A DNA stretch of 64,000 bases from Candidatus Cloacimonadales bacterium (lineage in GTDB: Bacteria > Cloacimonadota > Cloacimonadia > Cloacimonadales > JAFGVF01), in NCBI GenBank assembly GCA_963678315.1, contig OY782781.1:640001-704000 (forward strand), given 5' to 3'. The notes under the pieces were generated by a model, which worked only from the letters and a program-made list of their open reading frames with translations, was not told where the DNA came from and did no database searches. The first letter of the stretch is position 1. Each line of letters starts with the position of its first letter. This document shows positions 20,316-30,058 of this stretch, piece after piece. The position numbers were made by a program, and so were the translations under genes.

Positions 20316-20489
20316 GTAGAGACGCTTCATAGGTGCGTCTAAAAATAACGGTGCAAGAAGAATCGCAGTCTAGAAGACTGCAACCCATAAAGCACTGGGA
20401 GTGTAAGCTTCCAGCTTACGCAAAAGAATCGCATTCACGATGAATGCAACCCATAAAGCACTGGGAGTGTAAGCTTCCAGCTTACGCAA
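20316..20489. repeat. BIME-like cluster E: a GTAG-REP plus two tandem 66-bp units of divergent hairpin pairs
   Basis: Units at 20358 and 20424 are identical except for the first hairpin (gcagtc-tagaa-gactgc versus gcattc-acgat-gaatgc). Confidence 0.85.
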
Positions 20490-20499
20490 AAGCATAATC

Positions 20500-21552
20500 T
20501 TATAGTAATTTATCGTTATTTTCTTTAAGGTATTCTACTACTTTTTTAACGTCTTCTGATCTATCCTTTTTAGATAGCAGAATAGCATCATCTGTCTCAA
20601 TTAAGACAAGGTTCTCAACTCCAATTAGAGAAACAAACTTCTTACTTCTAATGTAGTTACCTCTGGCTTCTATTGTAAAATGTTCTGCTTCAAAAGTGTT
20701 GTCATCTTCATCAATTTTAGAAATATCTGCTAAAGCTCTCCAAGAACCGACATCACTCCAACCTAAATCAACAGGAAGAACTACTCTCTTTTCTGCTTTT
20801 TCCATAATACCAATATCAACTGGGATTTTAGGCATTTTAGCGTATAAATGAGAGATATCAGCATCTAATCCCTGCTCTTTCCACACTGTACTTATCTTAT
20901 CAAGAACTTCCACTACTTGAGGAAGACATTTCTTATAGTTGTTTTCGATAGTTTCAATAGTCCAGGCAAACATACCACTATTCCAGAAGAAGTTTCCTGC
21001 TTGAATGAACTCTTGAGCAAGCTCATAATTAGGCTTTTCTTTAAACTTAGAAACTTGGTAGCAAGTATCACTAAGCTTATCTCCAGCTTCGATATAACCA
21101 TAGCCTGTGGCAGGATAAGTTGGAATAATACCAAAAGTAACAAGGTTATTATCCTCAGCAGGTTTTTCAGCATTATACATGCTTTCCCAGAAGGCATCTA
21201 TTTTAGTTATAAGATGGTCAGCAGGTAATACTACCATAGTTTCATTAGCTTGAGCAAAGAGCTTAACATAAGCATAACTGAGGCCGATACATGGAGCTGT
21301 ATTCATACCAAAAGGTTCAGCAATGATGTTTTCAACTGGAAGTTCATTAAGATGTTCTTTAACTAAATGAACTTGTGATTGAGCTGTTACAACGAAGATT
21401 TTCTCTTTAGGAAGCTTTTCTAGAAGTCTATCCATTGTTAATCTAATCATAGATTTAGAGCCAACAACTTCTAGGAATTGTTTAGGTTTAACTTTTCTAC
21501 TTTGTGGCCAAAAACGAGTACCTGAACCACCAGCCATAATGACAGCAATCAT
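20500..21552 (-). CDS. manC: Mannose-1-phosphate guanylyltransferase
   Basis: MAGGSGTRFWP, PKQFL, NTAP, PADH, TGYGYI, WNSGMF, WSDVGSW. Confidence 0.92.
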   Translation of the reverse strand: MIAVIMAGGSGTRFWPQSRKVKPKQFLEVVGSKSMIRLTMDRLLEKLPKEKIFVVTAQSQVHLVKEHLNELPVENIIAEPFGMNTAPCIGLSYAYVKLFAQANETMVVLPADHLITKIDAFWESMYNAEKPAEDNNLVTFGIIPTYPATGYGYIEAGDKLSDTCYQVSKFKEKPNYELAQEFIQAGNFFWNSGMFAWTIETIENNYKKCLPQVVEVLDKISTVWKEQGLDADISHLYAKMPKIPVDIGIMEKAEKRVVLPVDLGWSDVGSWRALADISKIDEDDNTFEAEHFTIEARGNYIRSKKFVSLIGVENLVLIETDDAILLSKKDRSEDVKKVVEYLKENNDKLL

Positions 21553-21575
21553 ACTTTACCTCCATGGTTTAAATT

Positions 21576-22211
21576 TTATCTATAGTTAACTATTTTAGTC
21601 TCTTCATTGATATCTAAGAGCCATCTTTCTTTAGGAATTTCCTTATTAATCTTGATGTTTATCAAATCTAATGTAATCCAATTACTAGAATCATCAGCAT
21701 ATTTTATCTGGTGAACTAAGAAGTTATCACCATTAATGGTAAATATAACCTCTTGAATATTGCTTAATTTATTTTCTTCAGTTAAGACTAATCTAACCTG
21801 ATATTGCTTGTTTTCTTCACTAAGGATTGTAATGTTATCATCGTCCCAGTAGTTATTAATAAAGTAACCAACATTCAGTGATACAAGGGAAGAATCTGCA
21901 TAGGTTTGATAAAGAGTATTCTCTGAAGCTTGATAATAGTCTATCTTGTTTTCGTGAAAGAGGATCTGCTCTATTTCAGGGTCATAATAACGTAAACTTA
22001 ATAGGTCATTATTATAGTACAAATCACCATTAGACTCTCTCTCGATGCCTATCTCTTCATAATAAGCAGTTTGTCTTATCTGAGCTTGAAAAGATTCAAT
22101 AGAAGCATATTTATCATTAAGTAGACTATGTAACTGATCTTTATCTATTGCTTTTAAACTTACTGTTATAATTAGGATTGCTAAAACTAGCTTAAAATTC
22201 TTCAATACCAT
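21576..22211 (-). CDS. lolA: Outer-membrane lipoprotein carrier LolA-like protein
   Basis: Signal peptide; SFQAQIRQ..G.LYY..LRY pattern; directly downstream of ftsK (conserved synteny). Confidence 0.7.
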   Translation of the reverse strand: MVLKNFKLVLAILIITVSLKAIDKDQLHSLLNDKYASIESFQAQIRQTAYYEEIGIERESNGDLYYNNDLLSLRYYDPEIEQILFHENKIDYYQASENTLYQTYADSSLVSLNVGYFINNYWDDDNITILSEENKQYQVRLVLTEENKLSNIQEVIFTINGDNFLVHQIKYADDSSNWITLDLINIKINKEIPKERWLLDINEETKIVNYR

Positions 22212-24579
22212 AAACTTTTAAATCCTCCATTGTTGCAGTTACTTCTCTTGATTTAGAACCCTTATGTGGTCCAACTATATTAGCCCTTTCGAGCATGTCG
22301 ATTAATCTTCCAGCTCTGGCATAGCCTATTTTGAAGCTTCTTTGTAGCATAGAAACAGAGGCCATTCCAGAAGAAACTACCATTCTAGCAGCTTCTGGGA
22401 AAAGTTCATCATCATAATCAAACTCTTCATCAAATTCATCAGAACTTGCTACAATCTTCTCCATTCTAAAGGCAGGTTTTGGTTGTGTTTCAAGATAATC
22501 TACAATATTATTGATTTCTGCATCTGATACATAAGCTCCATGTATTCTTTGCAGTTTAGACGTTCCAGGTGGAATAAATAGCATATCACCTTTACCAAGA
22601 AGCTTTTCAGCTCCCATCTCATCAAGAATAACGCGAGAGTCGATTCTAGAAGAAACTTGGAAGGCAATTCTTGCTGGGAAGTTAGCCTTGATATTACCAG
22701 TAATTACCTTACTGGAAGGTCTTTGAGTTGCCAAGATGATATGCATGCCAACCGCACGAGCCATTTGAGCAAGCCTTGCTATAGGAAGTTCAATCTCTTT
22801 ACCGGCTGTCATGATTAAATCAGCAAATTCATCAACAATAATGACTATGAAAGGCATTTTACTTTTATAATTAACATCTGTGCTTTCAAGCTTAGCATTC
22901 ATCTTTTCTACTTTCTTATTGTAGCTCTTTCTATCTCTAACACCTAAAGCCTGCAAGGATTCATAACGTCTTTCCATCTCCTCAACAGCCCATCTAAAGG
23001 TCTCTAGAGCTTCTTCTGGGTCAGTAACTACATCAGTCCATAGATGAGGAATAGATGCATATCCAGCCAGTTCTACACGCTTAGGATCTATCATAATCAT
23101 TCTTACTTCATCAGGAGTAGTTCTAAGCAATAAACTTGTGATAATAGTGTTGATACAGACAGATTTACCAGATCCTGTAGCACCAGCAATAAGAAGATGA
23201 GGCATCTTAGCAAGGTCAGCTACTACTGCCCTTCCAGAGATGTCTTTACCCAAGCCTATAGTTAAAGTATTATCATTGTGCTTTAACTCATCAGAAAGAA
23301 GAATCTCTTTTAGGAAGATTACATCTCTATGCTTGTTGGGGATTTCAATACCAACAAGCCCACGACCTGGGATAGGAGCTTGAATACGTATAGAAGAAGC
23401 CTTTAAAGCTAGACCTAAGTCATCAGCATAAGAATTGAACTTGTTAACCTTAACTCCAGAAGCAGGCTTTAGCTCATACTGGGTGATGATTGGACCTATA
23501 TTAACATTCACAACTTCGGCTTCAATACCAAATTCAGCAAGCTTATTCTGCAAGATAACACTAGTTTGCTTAATATTCTTTTCAATCTCTTTCTTATCAA
23601 AATCATTAGGAATATTTTCTATTTCTAAGAACTTATTAACATCAGGTTTAATATACTTAGCTTTCTTACCATCAGCTCCTTGAATGTGGTCAGGAGAACT
23701 CTTTTTAACCTTCATCAAAACAGTCTTTTCTGGTTCAGTTATATTGAAGTCTCCCTTCTTTCCTCTGGGAGTAGAAGCTTCTTGTTCAATGATATCTGTA
23801 ATATCAGCATCATCTACCTTATCTGCTGGAGCCTCTAAATAATCAACTCGACTGTTAGCTATTGTAGGACTAGGCTTCTTGTCAGTAGAGAAGCGTCTAT
23901 CTTTCTTGATATCAGGGTCATCTTCTATCTCAACAGACTTCTTATCTTTACTTGCTTTATTCTTATGAAAAATAGGAGCAAATATAGTCTTCATTACCGA
24001 GAAGAAAACCTGTTTAACAGGTTCCCAACCAAAGATTAAAAGTATATCTAAAATAGCAATTATCAATAGAAAAGCTACTGTTCCATTACTACCTATAATC
24101 TTACCCAAAAAAGTATCTATTCCATAGGCTACATAACCAATGAGCACCTTAGAACTTGTAATATAAAAATGGCTAAAAAGTAAATGTACAAAGAAAAGCA
24201 ATCCCATAACTAAATTAATGTTATGAACTATTACAGAATCCTCTTTATGGAACAATTTAGTAAAATTAATAGCAACTAAAGAGAGCATTAAAGCTATTGC
24301 AAAATAATGCCCAATCGAAATTGATACTAAGAAACCAAAGATTGCACCAAATATTCCTACAGGATTAGAAAATGGCTGTGCTTCAGCAGAAAAGCTATCC
24401 CACAAACCCATGTCGTGTAAGATATTGAAGTCCTCTTGTAAGGTAGTGCTGCTTACCAATAATGAATAAGTAACAAGCGAACATACCAAGATTAAGGCTA
24501 TTCTAAGAATCTTTATATATAGTTTATTCCCTCTAATCTTTTCAACTTTTTTAGATGCACTGCTCTTAGTTCTTGCCAT
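22192..24579 (-). CDS. ftsK: DNA translocase FtsK
   Basis: N-terminal TM segments; MPHLLIAGATGSGKS, IDPKRVEL, DEFADL, ATQRPS; gamma domain. Confidence 0.96.
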   Translation of the reverse strand: MARTKSSASKKVEKIRGNKLYIKILRIALILVCSLVTYSLLVSSTTLQEDFNILHDMGLWDSFSAEAQPFSNPVGIFGAIFGFLVSISIGHYFAIALMLSLVAINFTKLFHKEDSVIVHNINLVMGLLFFVHLLFSHFYITSSKVLIGYVAYGIDTFLGKIIGSNGTVAFLLIIAILDILLIFGWEPVKQVFFSVMKTIFAPIFHKNKASKDKKSVEIEDDPDIKKDRRFSTDKKPSPTIANSRVDYLEAPADKVDDADITDIIEQEASTPRGKKGDFNITEPEKTVLMKVKKSSPDHIQGADGKKAKYIKPDVNKFLEIENIPNDFDKKEIEKNIKQTSVILQNKLAEFGIEAEVVNVNIGPIITQYELKPASGVKVNKFNSYADDLGLALKASSIRIQAPIPGRGLVGIEIPNKHRDVIFLKEILLSDELKHNDNTLTIGLGKDISGRAVVADLAKMPHLLIAGATGSGKSVCINTIITSLLLRTTPDEVRMIMIDPKRVELAGYASIPHLWTDVVTDPEEALETFRWAVEEMERRYESLQALGVRDRKSYNKKVEKMNAKLESTDVNYKSKMPFIVIIVDEFADLIMTAGKEIELPIARLAQMARAVGMHIILATQRPSSKVITGNIKANFPARIAFQVSSRIDSRVILDEMGAEKLLGKGDMLFIPPGTSKLQRIHGAYVSDAEINNIVDYLETQPKPAFRMEKIVASSDEFDEEFDYDDELFPEAARMVVSSGMASVSMLQRSFKIGYARAGRLIDMLERANIVGPHKGSKSREVTATMEDLKVYGIEEF

Positions 24580-24594
24580 TAAAATATTCCTCGT

Positions 24595-25674
24595 TTATAC
24601 GTTGAATCTAATATTTAATATATCACCGTCTTTTACTATGTATGTCTTGCCTTCTAAACGGAATAAACCTTTATCTCTTACTGCTTTTTCAGAACCGTGT
24701 TCCATTAAATCAGTATAATTGAAACACTCAGCTCTAATAAAACCTCTAGCTAAATCAGAATGAATCTTACCAGCAGCTTCTACAGCATTATCCTTCTGTT
24801 CAATAGTCCATGCTCTAACTTCATCTGTTCCTACAGTAAAGAAAGAAATGTAACCTAATACATCATAAGAGAACTTAGTAAGTGTATCACGAGCTGATTC
24901 TGTAATTCCCATGTCTTCCATGAAGACTTCACGTTCTTCATCATCCAGACTATTGAGTTCAGCTTCAAACTTGCCAGCAAACTCCAATGATGGATAAAGA
25001 GCTTTAAGTTCTTCTAGAAGCTCAGCATTCTCATTGTAATTATTCTCATCTGAATTAAGTATGACAAGTAAAGGCTTTTGACTTACAAACTGGAAACCTC
25101 TAATAGCTTTTTCTTCTTCTTCAGGAAGCTCTAAGGTTCTAATAGGCTTATCTTCATTCAAATGTGCTATGATAGCATTAATTGCTTTTTCTTCAATCTG
25201 TAAGGCAGGAGTTTTGATACCACGCTTGTAGCTTAAAGCTATCTTCTCAAGCCTCTTTTCAGCAATAATCAAATCAGAAATAATCATTTCTGCTTCTATA
25301 GTTTCAACTTCACTCTTAGGGTCAGGAGAACCATACATCTCATCTAGGACAGGGTCTGAAAAGTTCCTAGCTACTAATGCTAAGGCATCAGTATTCTTTA
25401 ATAAAACCATACCTTGACCTGACATTAACTCCTGAGAACCGTCACTCTTGGAAACACCAGCAAAATCTATGTATTCTATAGTAGCATAAATTGTCTTCTT
25501 AGGATTATACATCTCAGACAATTTAGTTATTCTTTCATCTATAACATTTATAATTGATTGGTTTGGCTCTGTATCCCCCATGCCATAAGCACTTGTTTCA
25601 ATATTCATGCCTGTAAGAGCATTGAAGATTGTAGTTTTACCTGTCTTTGGTAAGCCAATTAATCCTATCTTCAT
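24595..25674 (-). CDS. ychF: YchF/Obg-like ATPase
   Basis: GLPKTGKT, DFAG, FFTVG.DEVRAW, AAGKIHSD, GFIRAE, YIVKDGDI. Confidence 0.92.
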   Translation of the reverse strand: MKIGLIGLPKTGKTTIFNALTGMNIETSAYGMGDTEPNQSIINVIDERITKLSEMYNPKKTIYATIEYIDFAGVSKSDGSQELMSGQGMVLLKNTDALALVARNFSDPVLDEMYGSPDPKSEVETIEAEMIISDLIIAEKRLEKIALSYKRGIKTPALQIEEKAINAIIAHLNEDKPIRTLELPEEEEKAIRGFQFVSQKPLLVILNSDENNYNENAELLEELKALYPSLEFAGKFEAELNSLDDEEREVFMEDMGITESARDTLTKFSYDVLGYISFFTVGTDEVRAWTIEQKDNAVEAAGKIHSDLARGFIRAECFNYTDLMEHGSEKAVRDKGLFRLEGKTYIVKDGDILNIRFNV

Positions 25675-25689
25675 CTTTATTCCACCTAT

Positions 25690-26406
25690 TTATTTTAATT
25701 TATCTTCTTTTAAATATCTAATTTCGCTTCTAGTCAAGAATCTCCAATTACCAATCTCCAGTTTTCCTATCTTAATTTCACCAATTTGGGTTCTCTTTAG
25801 ACTAATAACTTTAGATTCTACAACTTCAAGCATACGTCTAATCTGACGTTTCTTTCCTTCTTTAATAACCATTTTAAGGGTTGACTTGGTATCACTCTTC
25901 TTACGAACATAAACACCTGCAGGCTGGGTAGTACAATCTCCTATATCAACCCCCTCCCTTAATTGGCTTATCTGCTTCTTAGAGAGTGTTCCTCTGACTA
26001 CAACCCTGTATGTTTTATCTAGCTTATATTTAGGATGAAGTATTTTATTAGCTAAATCACCATCATTAGTTAGAATGATTAATCCCTCAGAATTTCTATC
26101 AAGCCTTCCTACTGGCTTTAAATCAAAGAATTCAGCAGGTAATAAATCATAGACAGTTTTACGCCCGTACTCATCTGATCTAGTAACAACAAAGCCCTTT
26201 GGCTTGTTAAGCAATAGATACTGAATAGGTTTATCAAGAGTAACTAACTTCCCATTAACCTTGACTACATCTGTTTCAATTTCAATGACTGTTGATAAAT
26301 CAGTACATACTTTCCCATTAACTTTAACAGCTCCAGAACTAACAAGGTCATCAGCCTTACGTCTTGATTCACCAGTGCATTTTGCAATGTATTTATTTAT
26401 TCTCAT
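25690..26406 (-). CDS. rluB: Ribosomal pseudouridine synthase, RsuA/RluB family
   Basis: S4 domain; NKPKG, VGRLDRNSEGL, EGKKRQIRRM. Confidence 0.88.
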   Translation of the reverse strand: MRINKYIAKCTGESRRKADDLVSSGAVKVNGKVCTDLSTVIEIETDVVKVNGKLVTLDKPIQYLLLNKPKGFVVTRSDEYGRKTVYDLLPAEFFDLKPVGRLDRNSEGLIILTNDGDLANKILHPKYKLDKTYRVVVRGTLSKKQISQLREGVDIGDCTTQPAGVYVRKKSDTKSTLKMVIKEGKKRQIRRMLEVVESKVISLKRTQIGEIKIGKLEIGNWRFLTRSEIRYLKEDKLK

Positions 26407-26408
26407 CT

Positions 26409-26918
26409 TTACCAGTCTTCCAATGTATTTTGCATTATTTTCTCAAATAAATCTTCGTAGATGCCATTTTTAGCATCATCATAGTTATCGTATTCAGCTC
26501 CAGTTTCAACACCATTAACTGAATATATTTGCGATACTCTAAGGTTTTTCTCGTCATATAGTACTTGATTGTTCTTCATATCCGTCATCTTAATAGAGAA
26601 TGACATCTTAATTATATATTCTTCCACATTATTGGCAGAATCTGAAGAATGTATTTCTTCATTATAGCCCAAAACCGAACCTTGTAATAGTATATCTGGT
26701 GATTGATTGACAATATTTAGCCGACCATCATCAGAATATTGCTCTATCATACTATCGAACACTTCAACTTCTAAATTACTTTCCGTGGATTTGTTCTCAA
26801 AGGGTTCTATACGCAGAGTTTCCAAGTCTGGATATTGGTTAGTTCTGAACGAGTAACTGCAACCAAATGTGATAATTATCAATATAATTAAACAAATTTT
26901 CATAAATTTCTTGACCAT
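26409..26918 (-). CDS. LptE-like lipoprotein
   Basis: Lipobox TFGC followed by YSF; FENKS; ends in ..EDW. Start uncertain (26903, 26918 or 26936). Confidence 0.7.
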   Translation of the reverse strand: MVKKFMKICLIILIIITFGCSYSFRTNQYPDLETLRIEPFENKSTESNLEVEVFDSMIEQYSDDGRLNIVNQSPDILLQGSVLGYNEEIHSSDSANNVEEYIIKMSFSIKMTDMKNNQVLYDEKNLRVSQIYSVNGVETGAEYDNYDDAKNGIYEDLFEKIMQNTLEDW

Positions 26919-27034
26919 GTTTATAAGGTCTATCATTTATTGTATTTGTCAAGTAATAGTTTAGCATAATTAGAGGTTAATTAAATTCATCAATAAAAAT
27001 GATTAGAATTAAGATAAAAATAGTTGGAGGAACA

Positions 27035-27691
27035 ATGGAGAAAAAGTTACTCACTAAAAGTGAGGCAGCTAAGTATTTGAAACTTACAGAAAGTGTTATT
27101 GATGAAATGATAGCCCAGAAACTTTTTACAACTAAAAGTGTTGGACGTGCTATTAAAATTGACTCTGCGTCTATTGATGAATGGAGAGAAAGTCTTTCAG
27201 AACAAGAAGTTAGAGAGCTTGCTTTAAAGAAAACTATTTGTAGATTTAAAGAGTATTTTAGAACAGAATGTATTTTCTTAGACTTCGAAGCAAATAATAA
27301 ATATGAAGCAATTAGATTCATGTCTGAAAAAGCAAAAGAATTAAAACTAGTTAAAGATGCTAGATGGCTCTACGAAGTAGTTGTTGCTAGAGAAGAACTA
27401 GTATCTACCGCTGTAGGTAATGGTGTTGCATTATTGCACCCAAGACATCTTCACCCTTCAAAGATTAAAAAACCAACTGTATTGTTTGGTAGATGCCCTG
27501 AAGGTGTTGACTTCGATTCTATCGATAACAAACCTGTAACTCTTTTCTTTATGTTACTTTTACATGATGATAAACAGCATCTATTCTCATTATCATATCT
27601 TTCTAAAATAATGCTTAACGAAGATAATGTTAAGATATTGAATGGTGCTAAGGATATTTTAACTATACATAATACCCTAACAGACATCTAA
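27035..27691 (+). CDS. Excisionase-like HTH fused to a PTS EIIA (Fru/Ntr-type) domain
   Basis: LLTKSEAAKYLKL HTH; AREELVSTAVGNGVALLHPR; GVDFDSIDNKPV; start at ATG 27035 behind GGAGG. Confidence 0.85.
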   Translation: MEKKLLTKSEAAKYLKLTESVIDEMIAQKLFTTKSVGRAIKIDSASIDEWRESLSEQEVRELALKKTICRFKEYFRTECIFLDFEANNKYEAIRFMSEKAKELKLVKDARWLYEVVVAREELVSTAVGNGVALLHPRHLHPSKIKKPTVLFGRCPEGVDFDSIDNKPVTLFFMLLLHDDKQHLFSLSYLSKIMLNEDNVKILNGAKDILTIHNTLTDI

Positions 27692-27706
27692 ATAAATGGA
27701 GATATA

Positions 27707-28159
27707 ATGGCTAAATTAGTTAGAGTAATTATTGGAAGCAAATCGGACCAAGAACAAGCGAACAAGATCTTAGAATTTTTAGATAAATTTGAGATTGAGT
27801 ATGATTTCTATGTTTCTTCAGCTCACAGAAAACCTGAACAAACAATGCAGCTAGCAAAGAATGCTAAGGATGAAGGTATACAAGTTATCATAGCTGGTGC
27901 TGGTATGGCTGCTCATTTACCTGGAGTAGTTGCATCACACACATCTTTACCAGTTATTGGAGTTCCATTCCAAGGAGCTACTCTTTCTGGAGAAGATGCG
28001 TTATTATCAATAGTTCAAATGCCTACTGGTATTCCTGTAGCAACTGTTGCAATCAATGGTGGTAAAAATGCAGCTATCTTAGCAGCTCAAATTATTGCCT
28101 TAAACAATGAGAAAATCAATAATAATCTACTAAGATTTAGAGAAGAACAATCTAAATAG
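27707..28159 (+). CDS. purE: N5-carboxyaminoimidazole ribonucleotide mutase
   Basis: GSKSD, SAHRKP, AGAGMAAHLPGV, SIVQMPTGIPVAT. Confidence 0.96.
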   Translation: MAKLVRVIIGSKSDQEQANKILEFLDKFEIEYDFYVSSAHRKPEQTMQLAKNAKDEGIQVIIAGAGMAAHLPGVVASHTSLPVIGVPFQGATLSGEDALLSIVQMPTGIPVATVAINGGKNAAILAAQIIALNNEKINNNLLRFREEQSK

Positions 28160-28173
28160 TTTCACGTGAAACG
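28158..28173. promoter_or_regulatory. parS site (ParB-binding centromere-like sequence)
   Basis: aGTTTCACGTGAAACg, 14/16 match to TGTTTCACGTGAAACA. Confidence 0.8.
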
Positions 28174-28197
28174 GGGCTTGTCCCCGTTTCTTTTTTA
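28169..28197 (+). terminator. Intrinsic terminator after purE, overlapping parS
   Basis: aaacgggg-cttgt-ccccgttt followed by a T tract. Confidence 0.6.
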
Positions 28198-28207
28198 TGA
28201 GGTTTGT

Positions 28208-28891
28208 ATGGTCGATATTAAGGAAATGCAGAAAGGACACAAGGCACGCTTACAACAAAGATATCAAAATGAATCACTAGAGGCTTTTGAAGCTTATGAA
28301 GTTTTAGAGATGATTCTATCAATGACAATTATCAGGAAAGACACTAAACCAATAGCCAAAAAGTTGCTTAAAATCTATGGTTCATTAAATGGAGTAATGT
28401 CTACCCCAATTGAAGATTTACTTAGCAACGATTCTATAGGATTAAAAACAGCTACTAATATTAAATTGTTTAAGGATGTTAATGTTTACCTATTGAGGGA
28501 AAAAGTAATAAAGACTAATGTCTTCAAGAGTGTTAATGATGTTGAAAATTATCTACTCTCACGATATAAAGGTTGTAAGACAGAAGAATTTAGGGTTCTT
28601 TATTTAAATAGTAAGAATGTTCTGCTCAAGGATGCTGCAATATCTACAGGAACAAGCTCTAAAACTTATGTGGATTTTACATTGATGGCTAAGCATATAA
28701 TTGATATAGGTGCAACAGCAATTATAGTATTACACAATCACCCAAGTGGTTCAATTACACCTTCTGAGCAAGATATTAAAACAACCCAGAACCTCAAAAA
28801 GTTCTTAACTTACTTATCAGTAAGGCTACTTGATCATTTTATTATAGGTAGTAATGAGATACTTAGCTTTGCAGATGAAGGTTTAATCTAA
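28208..28891 (+). CDS. radC: RadC/JAB domain protein (UPF0758)
   Basis: GHKARL; HhH region; HNHPSG..PS..D and LDHFII; start at ATG 28208. Confidence 0.9.
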   Translation: MVDIKEMQKGHKARLQQRYQNESLEAFEAYEVLEMILSMTIIRKDTKPIAKKLLKIYGSLNGVMSTPIEDLLSNDSIGLKTATNIKLFKDVNVYLLREKVIKTNVFKSVNDVENYLLSRYKGCKTEEFRVLYLNSKNVLLKDAAISTGTSSKTYVDFTLMAKHIIDIGATAIIVLHNHPSGSITPSEQDIKTTQNLKKFLTYLSVRLLDHFIIGSNEILSFADEGLI

Positions 28892-28892
28892 A

Positions 28893-30056
28893 CTATATTT
28901 TCTCTGAGACTTTATATTTAATGCTTTTTAATTCTTTATTTCTGAATACTTGCAGTTCAACTTCATCACCAACAAATGTATCTATGATTGCAAGATCTAT
29001 ATCGCTTTCTTCAGTAATACTGATTCCATTTATGGCATATAAATAATCACCAACTTCTAATCCCGCTTTTTCGCATGGAGAATCAGCTTGAATACTTGCA
29101 ATTCTGACATATAATTTATTATTGTTAGCTCTGTTATATCTTTTGACCCTAAAACCAAACTCAATATCTCTTATTCTTCCATATTGCACTAACTCATAAA
29201 CTACTTTTTTCACCCTATTAATTGGAATAGCAAAACCTATACCTACTGAACCACCAGTACCAGATAAGATAAATGTATTAATCCCTACTACTTCTCCTTT
29301 TAAAGAGAGTAAGGGTCCTCCACTGTTTCCAGGGTTAATAGCTGCATCAGTCTGAATCATTCTTTTATAGACTTTATCTTCTTGAGTTCTATTTGAAGAA
29401 AAGTTTCTATTCATTGCCGAAATAACACCAAAAGATAGTGTAGGCTTAGAGTCTTTGATAACAAATCCATAAGGATTACCTAAAGCATAAACAAACTGAC
29501 CTAAAACTAGTTTATCAGAATCTGCGATTTTTGAACAATGATATCCGTTACCTTCCATTTTAAGGACTGCAATATCATGTTCAGGAGCTCTACCAATAAT
29601 GCTAGCTTTTCTATAGTCACCATTATCTAAAACAATCGTGATATCAATCGCTTTTTCAACTACATGTGAGTTGGTAACCAAATAACCATCTTCAGTAATA
29701 ATCACACCTGTACCAATAGATTGCACATCTTTATAGCGAGGGTAAAGTCCAAAGAATTGATCTAATGGAGAATATCTTCTAGGGTCATTATGTTCTCTTT
29801 TTAACACATTCACAGACACCACAAAATTAGATGATAGTTGTGCAGAAGTAACTAATGACTCTTGTATATCATCTACTGTGATTTCATCTATATTATCAAA
29901 AACATTATTTAATTGTTTAATATCATTCTTTTGAACAAAGTTATTTTCTTCTAATCTATCCATTATTGTGTAATCAATATACTTCAAAATACCAAATGCA
30001 ATAGAAATAGATAGTAAGCTTACCAGGATTATTTTTGATAGTTTCACGTGAAACAC
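28893..30056 (-). CDS. HtrA/DegP-like membrane-anchored serine protease with one PDZ domain
   Basis: TNSHVV, DIAVLK, QTDAAINPGNSGGPL; C-terminal PDZ domain. Confidence 0.92.
   Translation of the reverse strand: MFHVKLSKIILVSLLSISIAFGILKYIDYTIMDRLEENNFVQKNDIKQLNNVFDNIDEITVDDIQESLVTSAQLSSNFVVSVNVLKREHNDPRRYSPLDQFFGLYPRYKDVQSIGTGVIITEDGYLVTNSHVVEKAIDITIVLDNGDYRKASIIGRAPEHDIAVLKMEGNGYHCSKIADSDKLVLGQFVYALGNPYGFVIKDSKPTLSFGVISAMNRNFSSNRTQEDKVYKRMIQTDAAINPGNSGGPLLSLKGEVVGINTFILSGTGGSVGIGFAIPINRVKKVVYELVQYGRIRDIEFGFRVKRYNRANNNKLYVRIASIQADSPCEKAGLEVGDYLYAINGISITEESDIDLAIIDTFVGDEVELQVFRNKELKSIKYKVSEKI
30040..30055. promoter_or_regulatory. parS site overlapping the first codons of htrA
   Basis: aGTTTCACGTGAAACA, 15/16 match to consensus; translates as (M)FHVKL. 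Confidence 0.85.
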
Positions 30057-30058
30057 CC

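Noticed and set aside
20358..20489. Possible mini-CRISPR array
   Set aside because: Only two units, the variable part is itself a covarying hairpin rather than a unique spacer, and no cas genes are in the window.
28208..28891. radC as a marker of a mobile or anti-defence island
   Set aside because: It is a full-length chromosomal-type RadC among housekeeping genes, with no integrase or att sites nearby.
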